From: Eubacteriales bacterium
GTDB lineage: Bacteria > Bacillota > Clostridia > Oscillospirales > SIG627
Assembly (NCBI GenBank): GCA_045631145.1
Contig: JAZQUE010000074.1
Coordinates: 3,065-67,064, forward strand
DNA: 64,000 nucleotides
Direction: 5' to 3'
Numbering within the stretch: position 1 is the stretch's first letter; each line of letters begins with the position of its first letter. A program made the translations under genes and the position numbers. Positions 35,464-43,806 of the stretch are shown piece after piece. Under the pieces are notes generated by a model. That model ran no database searches, was not told where the DNA came from, and saw only the letters and a program-made list of their open reading frames with translations.

Positions 35464-36168
35464 TTAGAACGGCTGACCTCCCGAAGACGGAGTGTTCTCA
35501 CGGTGTGCGATAGCCTCCTCCTGTTCTTTGGTCAGTGCGCCCCCTTGATTTGAACCGCTTTGTGCGGCGGGTTTTCCGAATACAGCCCCTTTGGCAGCTG
35601 TCGCAGAACAAATGCCCTCAACCTCTGTCGATACCTCGCCAAGTAGTGTTGTGAACTCCTCGTCTGAAAGGTTCTCAATCGGTGTGCGTTCATAAGCCTT
35701 GCGGACGTTCTCATCGGTCAATTTCCCGATTACTGCATTAAGTTGCTGTCTGCGGGTTTCTGTGACACGACCCGTTTTGAGTGCGGCGATTTCATCTGTC
35801 AGCGGTTTTACTGCTGCCGAAACGGCTGCTGCAATCTGTGCTGCGATGTCACCCCCTGCTGCGGGCTGTGTTTCAGTCTGCACGGTTGTCGTAGTGGTCT
35901 GCTGTCCGCTGCCACCCCCGTCAATTTTCTGCCCGTCTTTCAAACCGTACTTCGTTTCGTATGTGTGTACGGCTGTCTGTTGGGCTTCGGTTGCTCGGCT
36001 GTCGCCGTAGCTCTCAATGACCTGCTGAATGGTTACCCCCTCAACAGCGGTTGCAACCTGTTCGGCTGTAACTACAGTTCTTGCCAACTTTGTGGCTACC
36101 CTGTCTAAAATCGCTTCGCTGACCCCCACAAACTTGGCTTTCAGCGCATCCAAAATTGTTTTTTTCAT
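35464..36168 (-). CDS. scaffolding protein candidate
   Basis: Looks helical and has an acidic C-terminal half plus a low-complexity linker (GGGSGQQTTTTTVQTETQPAAGG). First gene of the head block. Confidence 0.4.
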   Translation of the reverse strand: MKKTILDALKAKFVGVSEAILDRVATKLARTVVTAEQVATAVEGVTIQQVIESYGDSRATEAQQTAVHTYETKYGLKDGQKIDGGGSGQQTTTTTVQTETQPAAGGDIAAQIAAAVSAAVKPLTDEIAALKTGRVTETRRQQLNAVIGKLTDENVRKAYERTPIENLSDEEFTTLLGEVSTEVEGICSATAAKGAVFGKPAAQSGSNQGGALTKEQEEAIAHRENTPSSGGQPF

Positions 36169-36384
36169 ATCGATAATCGTAAACTGTTTGGTTTAATGCC
36201 ACAAAAGTAATGGAAATTTTTTAAGTGTTTACAATATAATCGGGTAAAATTTGGTTTATTGGAGTATATTTCTATAAAAGGAAGATTTACATCACCATTC
36301 CTGTGATTGCACCGAGAATCAAAGAAAATTAACCGTGCAGTTAAAAATACTCGGAGAAAAATTTGTTATTAGCAAAATAGTTCA

Positions 36385-36401
36385 CTTATATTTGCACCGT
36401 G
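36385..36401 (+). promoter_or_regulatory. promoter candidate TTATATTTGCACCGTG (contains TATATTTG = TAnnTTTG) for the plus-strand block
   Basis: A 16-nt string identical to the one on the minus strand at 60394-60409. TTTG lies about 22 nt upstream. Followed by the inverted repeat gtgttta-N5-taaacac (36399-36417). Confidence 0.45.
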
Positions 36402-36443
36402 TTTATGAGGTAAACACTTTGATAACCCAAAAATAACAGAAAG

Positions 36444-36683
36444 ATGAAAGCAACAGCATTGAACTATACAACAGCCGAAATCAACCGCAACTACCGCATT
36501 AAGGTTTCAGGTATCGATAACAACGGTAACAAAATCCACAAACTCGTTGGCGTATCGAGAGCGATTGACCTTATCGGCATTGAAATGTTGAATAAGTTTC
36601 TTGACAGAGCAGCCAACTGTATGGAGGACGTTTGTGTATGCAAGCTCCGCAGGGGTATCAAATTCAGTTTCTACAACAAGTAA
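36444..36683 (+). CDS. hypothetical protein (79 aa)
   Basis: First ORF of the plus-strand block, 43 nt after the promoter candidate. Confidence 0.45.
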   Translation: MKATALNYTTAEINRNYRIKVSGIDNNGNKIHKLVGVSRAIDLIGIEMLNKFLDRAANCMEDVCVCKLRRGIKFSFYNK

Positions 36684-36704
36684 TAACCAATAAATGACAG
36701 CGAT

Positions 36705-36953
36705 ATGTATAGCAAGATTACGAAACTTGAATTCGTTTTTAACGAAGTTTTCGACGCTCACCCGTTTGTGAAAATGCTTATGGATTCAGCTATCACAGAT
36801 TTGACAATGAGCACATCAGCACAGGACTACACCTGCACAGTGGTTTATGAGATTGACGAGGGCTGTATCGACCCACAGGACGCAATCGACGATGACTTGG
36901 ATTTTCTGCGAGGCGAGAATATAACCCCGAAGTCTTACCGCATAATCGAATAA
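36705..36953 (+). CDS. hypothetical acidic protein (82 aa)
   Basis: ORF in the plus-strand block. Confidence 0.4.
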   Translation: MYSKITKLEFVFNEVFDAHPFVKMLMDSAITDLTMSTSAQDYTCTVVYEIDEGCIDPQDAIDDDLDFLRGENITPKSYRIIE

Positions 36954-37097
36954 CCTATGGCACAGATCATCGAAGCAGCATATCTATCAGGATTTGAACC
37001 AAGCTCGGACAACCTGACACCCGCCGCCCTGTATGAGGAGGCACAGGAGTATCTATTGAATTCAATCAGTTTTTAACCCAATAACAGTTTTTCAATT

Positions 37098-38243
37098 ATG
37101 ACACAGCAAGCAACAATGAGCCACCAAGAGGGCTTGAACGAAGTAGTGATGAACAAAGTTCAGAGAATGATTGACGGTAAAGCCGTCGGAGTACAGGCAA
37201 CAATGGAACGCCTTATCAACGAGGGAAAGATAGCACAGGACTATATCGCACCCCTCGGCGTTGAATTGAAGCGAAACGACCACACGCCTGTTATCACGTT
37301 CAACGGCGACGAGGGCTTGAAGATGAATATGCCCGACGGACAGTTCTCGCTCCACGCAAATGCAATCGGACAGCTCGCCGACCGTATGGGTATTCCGCAG
37401 CGTTACCTCCGCACACTTGCGGGAGGGGCTGAATGGCAGATAGCCCTCGCCGCTACAATGTTGAACGAGCACAGCGGTTGGACGCAGCGAAGCCGTGTTC
37501 TCGTGAGAACCGTCGGCACACAGGTAAGAGGTGTTTTAAGCGACAGCTACCGCCGCCTGAACAGCGTTGAAATCCTGACCGCCTTTGTTCAGGAAGCCGC
37601 ACAGCAGGGGGCGGTTATCTCGGACGCTTATATGAATGACACGAAAGTATGGGCGGAAACGATACTCCCGCAGCCGCTTGTTATCCCGACAGCCAAGAAT
37701 GGCGATGTGATAATCTTCGCAGGGGCACGATTCAGCACCTCGGACTACGGCGACGGAGCAGTTGATATGCGTTCGTTCCTGTTGAACGGGGCTTGCCTCA
37801 ATGGTATGGTTCGAGAGAGCGTTATGAAGCAGGTACACCTCGGTTCGAAGCTCCCTGACAACCTCCGACTATCACAGGAAACCTACGAGCTTGACACGAA
37901 GACAACCGTATCAGCCGTTAGGGACTTGACATCGGGACTGTTCAGCCGTGACACGCTCATGCAGAAAGCCTACGAGATACAGGGGGCAAGCGAAATGGAA
38001 GTTGACCTCGACCGTGAGTTGAACAACCTCACGAAGAACGGACACCTGCTGAAACAGGAGGGACAGGAAGTTCAGAAAATCCTGATGAGGAACGACCCCG
38101 AGGACGGCGTTCAGGGAGCAGCCACCCTTTGGAAACTGACACAGGCTATCACGGCTCACGCCCGAGAGCTTACGCCTGAAAGAAGCCGTGAACTACACGA
38201 AATTTCAGGTTCATTGATGAACAGGGTTAAATTACACGCATAA
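37098..38243 (+). CDS. DUF932-like (phage/plasmid-associated) protein (381 aa)
   Basis: ...FSLHANAIGQLADRMGIPQRYLRTL...VLVRTVGTQVRGVLSDSYRRLNSVEIL.. resembles the DUF932 / TIGR03299 pattern seen on plasmids and ICEs. Confidence 0.5.
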   Translation: MTQQATMSHQEGLNEVVMNKVQRMIDGKAVGVQATMERLINEGKIAQDYIAPLGVELKRNDHTPVITFNGDEGLKMNMPDGQFSLHANAIGQLADRMGIPQRYLRTLAGGAEWQIALAATMLNEHSGWTQRSRVLVRTVGTQVRGVLSDSYRRLNSVEILTAFVQEAAQQGAVISDAYMNDTKVWAETILPQPLVIPTAKNGDVIIFAGARFSTSDYGDGAVDMRSFLLNGACLNGMVRESVMKQVHLGSKLPDNLRLSQETYELDTKTTVSAVRDLTSGLFSRDTLMQKAYEIQGASEMEVDLDRELNNLTKNGHLLKQEGQEVQKILMRNDPEDGVQGAATLWKLTQAITAHARELTPERSRELHEISGSLMNRVKLHA

Positions 38244-38305
38244 AAGACAATCGCCCGCCATTCGGCTTGAAAACAGCGTGAGTGGCGGGCATAACTTTCC
38301 ACAAT

Positions 38306-38773
38306 ATGGCAGACAATATCAAGACATTACCAAGCGGCTTGCAGTACAGCCGTGATTTCAGCGAGTATGACGGTTGTGTGGTTATGCACAACGCCAAGAC
38401 AATCAACCGTTACAGGGAGCTGCAGGAGGAGAAGTCGAAACAGGACTGTTACCGCTATGACTGTTTCTTCGCTTTCAGTAACCAACAGTTCGCCGAGGGA
38501 TTGAAGAAGATACGCCCATTGAAAGAGGGGGAGAAGCTCGTCAGCGTCGGAGCGGGTATGTACGGCACACGTGACGGGGTTGATAAGTTCTTCGCCGCCT
38601 ATGACGAAATCGACAAGCGTATCAAACAGGAATGCGACCCGCAGGAGGTTTACTTCTATGAGTACAACAATCACGAGAGTATGATTTCGTGGGACGGGGA
38701 CGCTGAACCGTTCAAGATTATCAGGAGGATATGGGGCGACGAAACAGCCGCTAAAATCGTAAGACTTCCATAA
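38306..38773 (+). CDS. hypothetical protein (155 aa from ATG 38306)
   Basis: The track start at 38282 is GTG; the first ATG is at 38306. No motif recognised. Confidence 0.45.
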   Translation: MADNIKTLPSGLQYSRDFSEYDGCVVMHNAKTINRYRELQEEKSKQDCYRYDCFFAFSNQQFAEGLKKIRPLKEGEKLVSVGAGMYGTRDGVDKFFAAYDEIDKRIKQECDPQEVYFYEYNNHESMISWDGDAEPFKIIRRIWGDETAAKIVRLP

Positions 38774-38780
38774 CAATTCT

Positions 38781-38880
38781 ATAACAATGTTATAACGGTG
38801 TTATACGATGTTAATAACAACGGGATAACTATAAGAGAAGAGAATAGAAGAGAATAGAAGAAAAGAGAATATATATATAT
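38781..38880 (+). repeat. iteron-like element: ATAACAATGTTATAAC + TGTTAT(A)AC repeats + (AGAAGAGAATAG)n + (TA)5
   Basis: The 16-nt stretch is identical to the reverse complement of 53986-54001 inside the replication gene. GTTATAAC is a perfect 8-bp palindrome. The purine repeat is shared with 53931-53970. Confidence 0.6.
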
Positions 38881-38941
38881 CGCTTAATAAATTAAGCTCG
38901 TATAAAATCGCCCCCTGTTCAGGGGCAAAAATCAAAAAACT

Positions 38942-39160
38942 ATGGCAAAAAAGAATTTCAAAATCAGAGCAAAGTTCGTATTTGACGGACAGGTAATCAT
39001 CAGGGCAAACAACAGACAGGAGGCGGAGGCGGCTGCAGAAAAATATATCGCCGCACACCTCGGGAACGTTCAGCCACTCGACGAGTGTATCAAGGATTGG
39101 GATTTCAGCTTGAAATCTTCGACAGTCGTAAACCGTAAGCGTGAGGAGGCAGGATTATGA
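38942..39160 (+). CDS. hypothetical protein (72 aa)
   Basis: ORF with a 4-nt overlap to the next gene. Confidence 0.4.
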   Translation: MAKKNFKIRAKFVFDGQVIIRANNRQEAEAAAEKYIAAHLGNVQPLDECIKDWDFSLKSSTVVNRKREEAGL

Positions 39161-39717
39161 CAACAGTAAGCAGCGAACAATACGAGAGCTTGAAAAAGAA
39201 GCTCCGCAAGTTACAGGCTCTTGCCGAACAGGGTTACAGGGGCGAGGCTGAAAACGCCCGCCGAGCAATCGAAAGAATCTGCGAACAGTACGGGTTGAAG
39301 ATTGAAGACATCTTGGATATCGAAACCAAACACCGATACACGTTCGAGATAGGACGGGCAAAGGAAATGATGAACTTGTTTATCCGCTGCCTGTCGGCGG
39401 TCTGTGATACAACCGATATGGGGTATTGGAAGCCTACACGGTCGTCGATAAAAGTTGAACTGACAGCCCTGCAATATGCCGAGGTTTCAAGCCTGTTCGG
39501 GTGGCATAAGGAGAACTACAAACGTGAGTTGGAGGAGTTCGAGCGGTCGTTTATGAGTGCGTACATCGGGAAACACAACCTGTATTTCGACGAAGAACGA
39601 AACTACAAAGGGGAAGACGAGGAACTGACAGAGGAAGACATAGCCCGCTTGCGTCGTGTATTGAAAATGCGTGAGGCTATGAGCGATAACACTTACCACA
39701 AACTGTTGGAGGCGTAA
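39157..39717 (+). CDS. DUF2786-like N-terminal domain protein (186 aa)
   Basis: LKKKLRKLQALAEQGYRGEAENARRAIERICEQYGL resembles the DUF2786 helical motif. Confidence 0.4.
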   Translation: MTTVSSEQYESLKKKLRKLQALAEQGYRGEAENARRAIERICEQYGLKIEDILDIETKHRYTFEIGRAKEMMNLFIRCLSAVCDTTDMGYWKPTRSSIKVELTALQYAEVSSLFGWHKENYKRELEEFERSFMSAYIGKHNLYFDEERNYKGEDEELTEEDIARLRRVLKMREAMSDNTYHKLLEA

Positions 39718-39719
39718 CA

Positions 39720-39962
39720 ATGAAGAAAGAGCATATTTATCGGGTGGCTTTCAATGAGCCGCCCATTCAGGACGACGACCGCACGGAGTTTTTCTTTACC
39801 TCTCTGTCGGCGATATATGAGGAGTTCACGCCTGATCAGGTGGGCTGCAAGGTTACACGCCTTTGGAATATCGGCGTATCAGGTGGAACTCCCTACGAGG
39901 GGGCGAAATGTAAAATTACTCGTGAACCCCTACGGAGTAAGAGCCAAAATAAGCCGATTTGA
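39720..39962 (+). CDS. hypothetical protein (80 aa)
   Basis: ORF starting 2 nt after the previous stop. Confidence 0.4.
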   Translation: MKKEHIYRVAFNEPPIQDDDRTEFFFTSLSAIYEEFTPDQVGCKVTRLWNIGVSGGTPYEGAKCKITREPLRSKSQNKPI

Positions 39963-40275
39963 GCCGTTTCGAGTGTTGGGATAATAAAACCCTCGCTCGA
40001 CGAAAGAAAAGGCGACAGCGGGGCTAAAACGGGGCGAATTTGGGGTGTTTGCGATTATATTGTAATCAGGTTTTCAGACCTACCTCGATTTTGCCCTGTT
40101 TCCGTTCGGCTTACAGAGGCGTTTCAGGAGGAACAGGCGACGACACGCAGAAACCGCCCAAATTCAGGCGAACGGGAGCGGGGATAATAACTTGCCCTAT
40201 GAAAACATTTGAAGCCGACAGACGGCGATTTCGAGAAAAATAACGTAATTTTGCAACATCAAAAGCAGCAAGAGT

Positions 40276-40497
40276 ATGACAAATGAAGAATTGCAGGAGA
40301 TTATGAACAACCCAAACGGTATATCTCCCGAAGATGTCGATAGAATTTGGGACGATTTGAAAGCCCGTGACGCTCGTCGTGAGGCAGAGTTCAACGCCTT
40401 GCCCGAGGAGGAAAGAAAACGCCTCGAAAGAGAGTTTTCCGACCCGTCGCTTGACAGGTTTATAGAAGACCCCTTGGGAGGCGATGATGAAGATTAA
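40276..40497 (+). CDS. small acidic hypothetical protein (73 aa)
   Basis: Preceded by TAATTTTG at 40243-40250. Its stop shares the TTAA at 40494-40497 with the convergent gene. Confidence 0.45.
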   Translation: MTNEELQEIMNNPNGISPEDVDRIWDDLKARDARREAEFNALPEEERKRLEREFSDPSLDRFIEDPLGGDDED

Positions 40498-42182
40498 ATC
40501 TCTGTCAGGTAGAAAACATATCTACCGTCTTCAATTTCCAATTTATCAAATCTAAATTCGCAACCGCTATCAAACAGCACTTCACGTTGGTTGGACTTTC
40601 CTGTGAAGCGTCCTCCGAACTGTGAGAAATCCTCAATCGGGTGTCCTGACTTGCCTCGTATAACAAGCAGAACATCCGTTTCATTTTTCTTTGGCTTGCT
40701 GTTGGCACGGAAATCAATAGCAGCTTGACGATCTAAACTTGTTGATGTGAATCCCTTAAAAACGGCAGTTTCTTTTTTCCCTGCCAAAGATAGATATTCC
40801 CCTAAATTCGTCTTGTTCAAACGCACTTTCCTGTAAACCGTTTCAGTGGTTGTTTCCAATTTGGAAAGACCCTGTGACAAGAGCTGTGAAAATGCCTCGT
40901 TGAACTCCGATAGACTCCCTTTGCGGAGTTGATTGTTCAACTGACGGAACGCTGCACCCTCGCCCTTTGTGTAGTGGTAGATAGCAGCCTTTTCCGTGTT
41001 CGGGATTTCAGGATATTTTCTTTGTAGGAAAATGCCGAGGGATTCCTGCATAGCCTCGTTGGTTTTCCTTGCCCGTGTGAATTTTCGTTCGGCTTTCGTG
41101 TAGGTATCAACCTCGAACCCTCGGACGTACTGCGGGTTATGCCTGATGAAATACGGCATAGACGACCAACCCTTTGCCCGTTCTTTGTTGTCCTCTACCC
41201 AAGTATTGAACTGCTCGGGAACGTCGCCGACGGTGTTCACGCTCCGTGTACTGACGGGTTGCCCTGCCATAATACGCCTGTTGTCCTCCGCCATTTCTTC
41301 GGGCGTTTTCAGGATTGTTACGACGTGGCAGCGACAATGCGGGTGCCAACCTACGAACTTGAAATCTTTCGGGTATTTCCCTTTCAGAAAATCGCAAATG
41401 TCCTCAAACGGTACGCCGTTGAGCGTATGGTTGTTCGATAGGCGTATTTCAATGCCGACGACAAAATCAAGCTGCTGCCAACGGACATAATCAGCCGTGC
41501 GGTAAGCCATATTCGTTTCTGTCACAGCGAGGCGGCGGGCGTTTTTGTAGCTGCTTCGGTACACTCCCTGCCCTGGGTGGAAAGCCTGTGCCGCCTTTGA
41601 AAGTTGCAGAACACCGTGCTCATCACGGACACGTCGAAACAGTTTGTCAGGGTAACGGAGGTATTGTCGAAGCTCTCGGCTCAATTCATCAGCCGACAAC
41701 CCGTCACGCAGCCCGATGTCAATACCCATTTCGATTTCAGACTTGAACTGTTCCGTGTACCGCCACACCCTGTCGGAAAGGTTCATTCCTGCCGTCTTTC
41801 TCTCGACGAAAGCCTGTCGGGCTGTGTCGTTGGAGCTGTAATACTTTCTGCTCTGTTCTTCCGTCAGGTTCTCGGCATTGTCCCCGAAAACTTGGTTTGC
41901 GAGTTCGCTGTTCTTGTTGTTCGCCAACGTCCACTCACTTTCAATGCCGTTCACGATAACCGCTGTAAGGTTGTTTTTCAGCCCCGACAACAGCTTTTCA
42001 ACTCTTTTCCGTGTAACAGGATAGTCAGCGAATGAAAACGGCTTGTCGGGCTTGACAACGCCCGCAGACGAAGCGACAGCAGCAGCCTCACGGGCAGCGG
42101 ATTGAAATATCTTATCAATCTGCCGCTCGTATGAAGTCACGTTCTGTTGATGTCGTTTTTCCCATTTATCCAATCGTGCCAT
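40494..42182 (-). CDS. head morphogenesis (SPP1 gp7 / Mu F-like) protein fused to a C-terminal ADP-ribosyltransferase domain
   Basis: Sits after the portal, as MuF-type proteins do. The C-terminal 164 aa carry an R-S-E type triad: TVYRKV, GFTSTSL (STS) and NQREVLF (Q-x-E). ATG 42182 is preferred over the TTG start in the track. Confidence 0.65.
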   Translation of the reverse strand: MARLDKWEKRHQQNVTSYERQIDKIFQSAAREAAAVASSAGVVKPDKPFSFADYPVTRKRVEKLLSGLKNNLTAVIVNGIESEWTLANNKNSELANQVFGDNAENLTEEQSRKYYSSNDTARQAFVERKTAGMNLSDRVWRYTEQFKSEIEMGIDIGLRDGLSADELSRELRQYLRYPDKLFRRVRDEHGVLQLSKAAQAFHPGQGVYRSSYKNARRLAVTETNMAYRTADYVRWQQLDFVVGIEIRLSNNHTLNGVPFEDICDFLKGKYPKDFKFVGWHPHCRCHVVTILKTPEEMAEDNRRIMAGQPVSTRSVNTVGDVPEQFNTWVEDNKERAKGWSSMPYFIRHNPQYVRGFEVDTYTKAERKFTRARKTNEAMQESLGIFLQRKYPEIPNTEKAAIYHYTKGEGAAFRQLNNQLRKGSLSEFNEAFSQLLSQGLSKLETTTETVYRKVRLNKTNLGEYLSLAGKKETAVFKGFTSTSLDRQAAIDFRANSKPKKNETDVLLVIRGKSGHPIEDFSQFGGRFTGKSNQREVLFDSGCEFRFDKLEIEDGRYVFYLTEI

Positions 42183-42390
42183 TGTCTGTACGCTGTTTGA
42201 AATGTTCGCACTGTGGGTCTGACAGGAACTTGCACCACCTGCCAAACTCGGTTTTCTCGTCGAGCTTGCAACGGCAAAGTATCAGATGTCCGTCGAGGGC
42301 TTTACTGTGCCAATCATAGCTGTTAGCACAATCCCTACACCTGAACTTCGGCTGCTCCGCCTGTTTCCTGTTCTGAACCCTCTTTGCCAT
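42166..42390 (-). CDS. small Cys-rich (zinc-ribbon-like) protein
   Basis: Cys pairs at CRDC...CRC...CEH. Lies between the portal and the MuF-like gene. Confidence 0.4.
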   Translation of the reverse strand: MAKRVQNRKQAEQPKFRCRDCANSYDWHSKALDGHLILCRCKLDEKTEFGRWCKFLSDPQCEHFKQRTDNGTIG

Positions 42391-42393
42391 ACG

Positions 42394-43788
42394 TTACTCG
42401 GTTAGGTTAAAACTGTCCTGCATACTTTCCTCGGCGATTTCTTTCATCGTCTGATCTACGTCGCTGCTGTGTCCGTATTCCTCGATACTTTCACGCTGCG
42501 ACATAATCGGCTTGCCTCCGTTGGCTGTTACGAGGTTCGTGATAGTGTCTTTCTCGTCCGTGATTGTGAACGGGGTGATAACGGTCTTTACAGACAGTGC
42601 GTCAATGTCAGCGTGGTAGGCTTCTCCGAGCATAACTTTTGCGAACGCCTTGATAACGTTCGTTTCACGGTCGAACATTTCCAACAGGCGACCGCTTTCG
42701 TCCTTGACTTTCATCTGTGCGTCAATGAAAAGCTGCTTGCGGCTCTCACCCGATAGGGCTTGCTGCGACATTTTCTCATACGACCAATCAGGAAGCTGCA
42801 GGAGGGTAAAGAACAGGGTACGCAATTCCCCGACATAGTATTTCAGGTTCTCGACAGCCTGTTGCCAAGTGATGTACTGTGCTGTACTGCCTTTCGGATA
42901 TTGCATAACAGCCTTGAACTCCTTGTTAGGCGATTTCTCGTCGCCGTAGCTTATCGCTTCATCAGCGAACACGACGAAAAGCGGCTTGGAGTTTTCACGC
43001 AGGTAGTTTCCGTCACGGCTCAACGCCCACTCAATCTCATAGACGATATTCGAGTTGTCCTCCCAAATCGGTGTCGGGCGGTAGGCATAGACAGCGGGGA
43101 TTTTGCCGATAACAGTAATGTCCTCATTCTCGACTTCCTCCCAATCTCCGTTGGCGTTGCTCCATTTGATATGCTTGTTTGACGTGTAGGTGTCGAAATA
43201 CTGAATGAGCTTCTTTCCACTCTTACGGCTGTACCCGATAGACATTGCAATCATATCGCCGTACTCGTCAAACAACGGGTACAGGTCGTCGCCTAACATC
43301 GGGGTAAAGTTCCTGCAACGGAGCTTCAACAAAGACTTCTTGCCGTCGTACAGGGTGTTTTCCTGTTCAACAGCATACCACAGTGTCAGCACCTCACAAC
43401 CCGCAAAGAGCATATTCAGACGGTCGGTATTTACGCTGTCAATGCGGTTTTTCTCATAGATAGCCTCAATGAAAGCGGCAATGTCCTTTTGCTTGTCGTT
43501 CTGTGGCTTGTACACTCGCTTGATAGGAATGCCACAGACAAGCTCCGTCATACGCTTTGTGGCGAGGCGTTGCAGGTCACAGGTTACACGGGTTACAGGC
43601 TGTATGCCGTCCTCCGTTACGATGTCAGGGTACTTCGCTTTGCTCATTACAGGGTGTTTCTTGGGGTCGAACTCCTGCGACAAGCCGTTACGTCCCGACC
43701 AAATGGGGACGATGATTGCTTTTTCTTTCAACGCCGCAATGATGTTGGCAGCGTTATTTCCCGAGTTGAGAATTTCTTCGATTGTCAT
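42394..43788 (-). CDS. portal protein
   Basis: 464 aa, immediately downstream of the large terminase. Confidence 0.65.
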   Translation of the reverse strand: MTIEEILNSGNNAANIIAALKEKAIIVPIWSGRNGLSQEFDPKKHPVMSKAKYPDIVTEDGIQPVTRVTCDLQRLATKRMTELVCGIPIKRVYKPQNDKQKDIAAFIEAIYEKNRIDSVNTDRLNMLFAGCEVLTLWYAVEQENTLYDGKKSLLKLRCRNFTPMLGDDLYPLFDEYGDMIAMSIGYSRKSGKKLIQYFDTYTSNKHIKWSNANGDWEEVENEDITVIGKIPAVYAYRPTPIWEDNSNIVYEIEWALSRDGNYLRENSKPLFVVFADEAISYGDEKSPNKEFKAVMQYPKGSTAQYITWQQAVENLKYYVGELRTLFFTLLQLPDWSYEKMSQQALSGESRKQLFIDAQMKVKDESGRLLEMFDRETNVIKAFAKVMLGEAYHADIDALSVKTVITPFTITDEKDTITNLVTANGGKPIMSQRESIEEYGHSSDVDQTMKEIAEESMQDSFNLTE

Positions 43789-43806
43789 ACTGATATGAAT
43801 TATTGA

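Noticed and set aside
38836-38880. Purine-rich repeats and (TA)5, considered as a CRISPR-like or microsatellite array
   Set aside because: There is no repeat-spacer architecture. It is better explained as part of the iteron-like element shared with the replication gene.
40040-40243. 67-aa plus-strand ORF in the GC-rich spacer
   Set aside because: It has Arg/Gly-rich low-information composition and a non-ATG start (TTG). The region is treated as non-coding.
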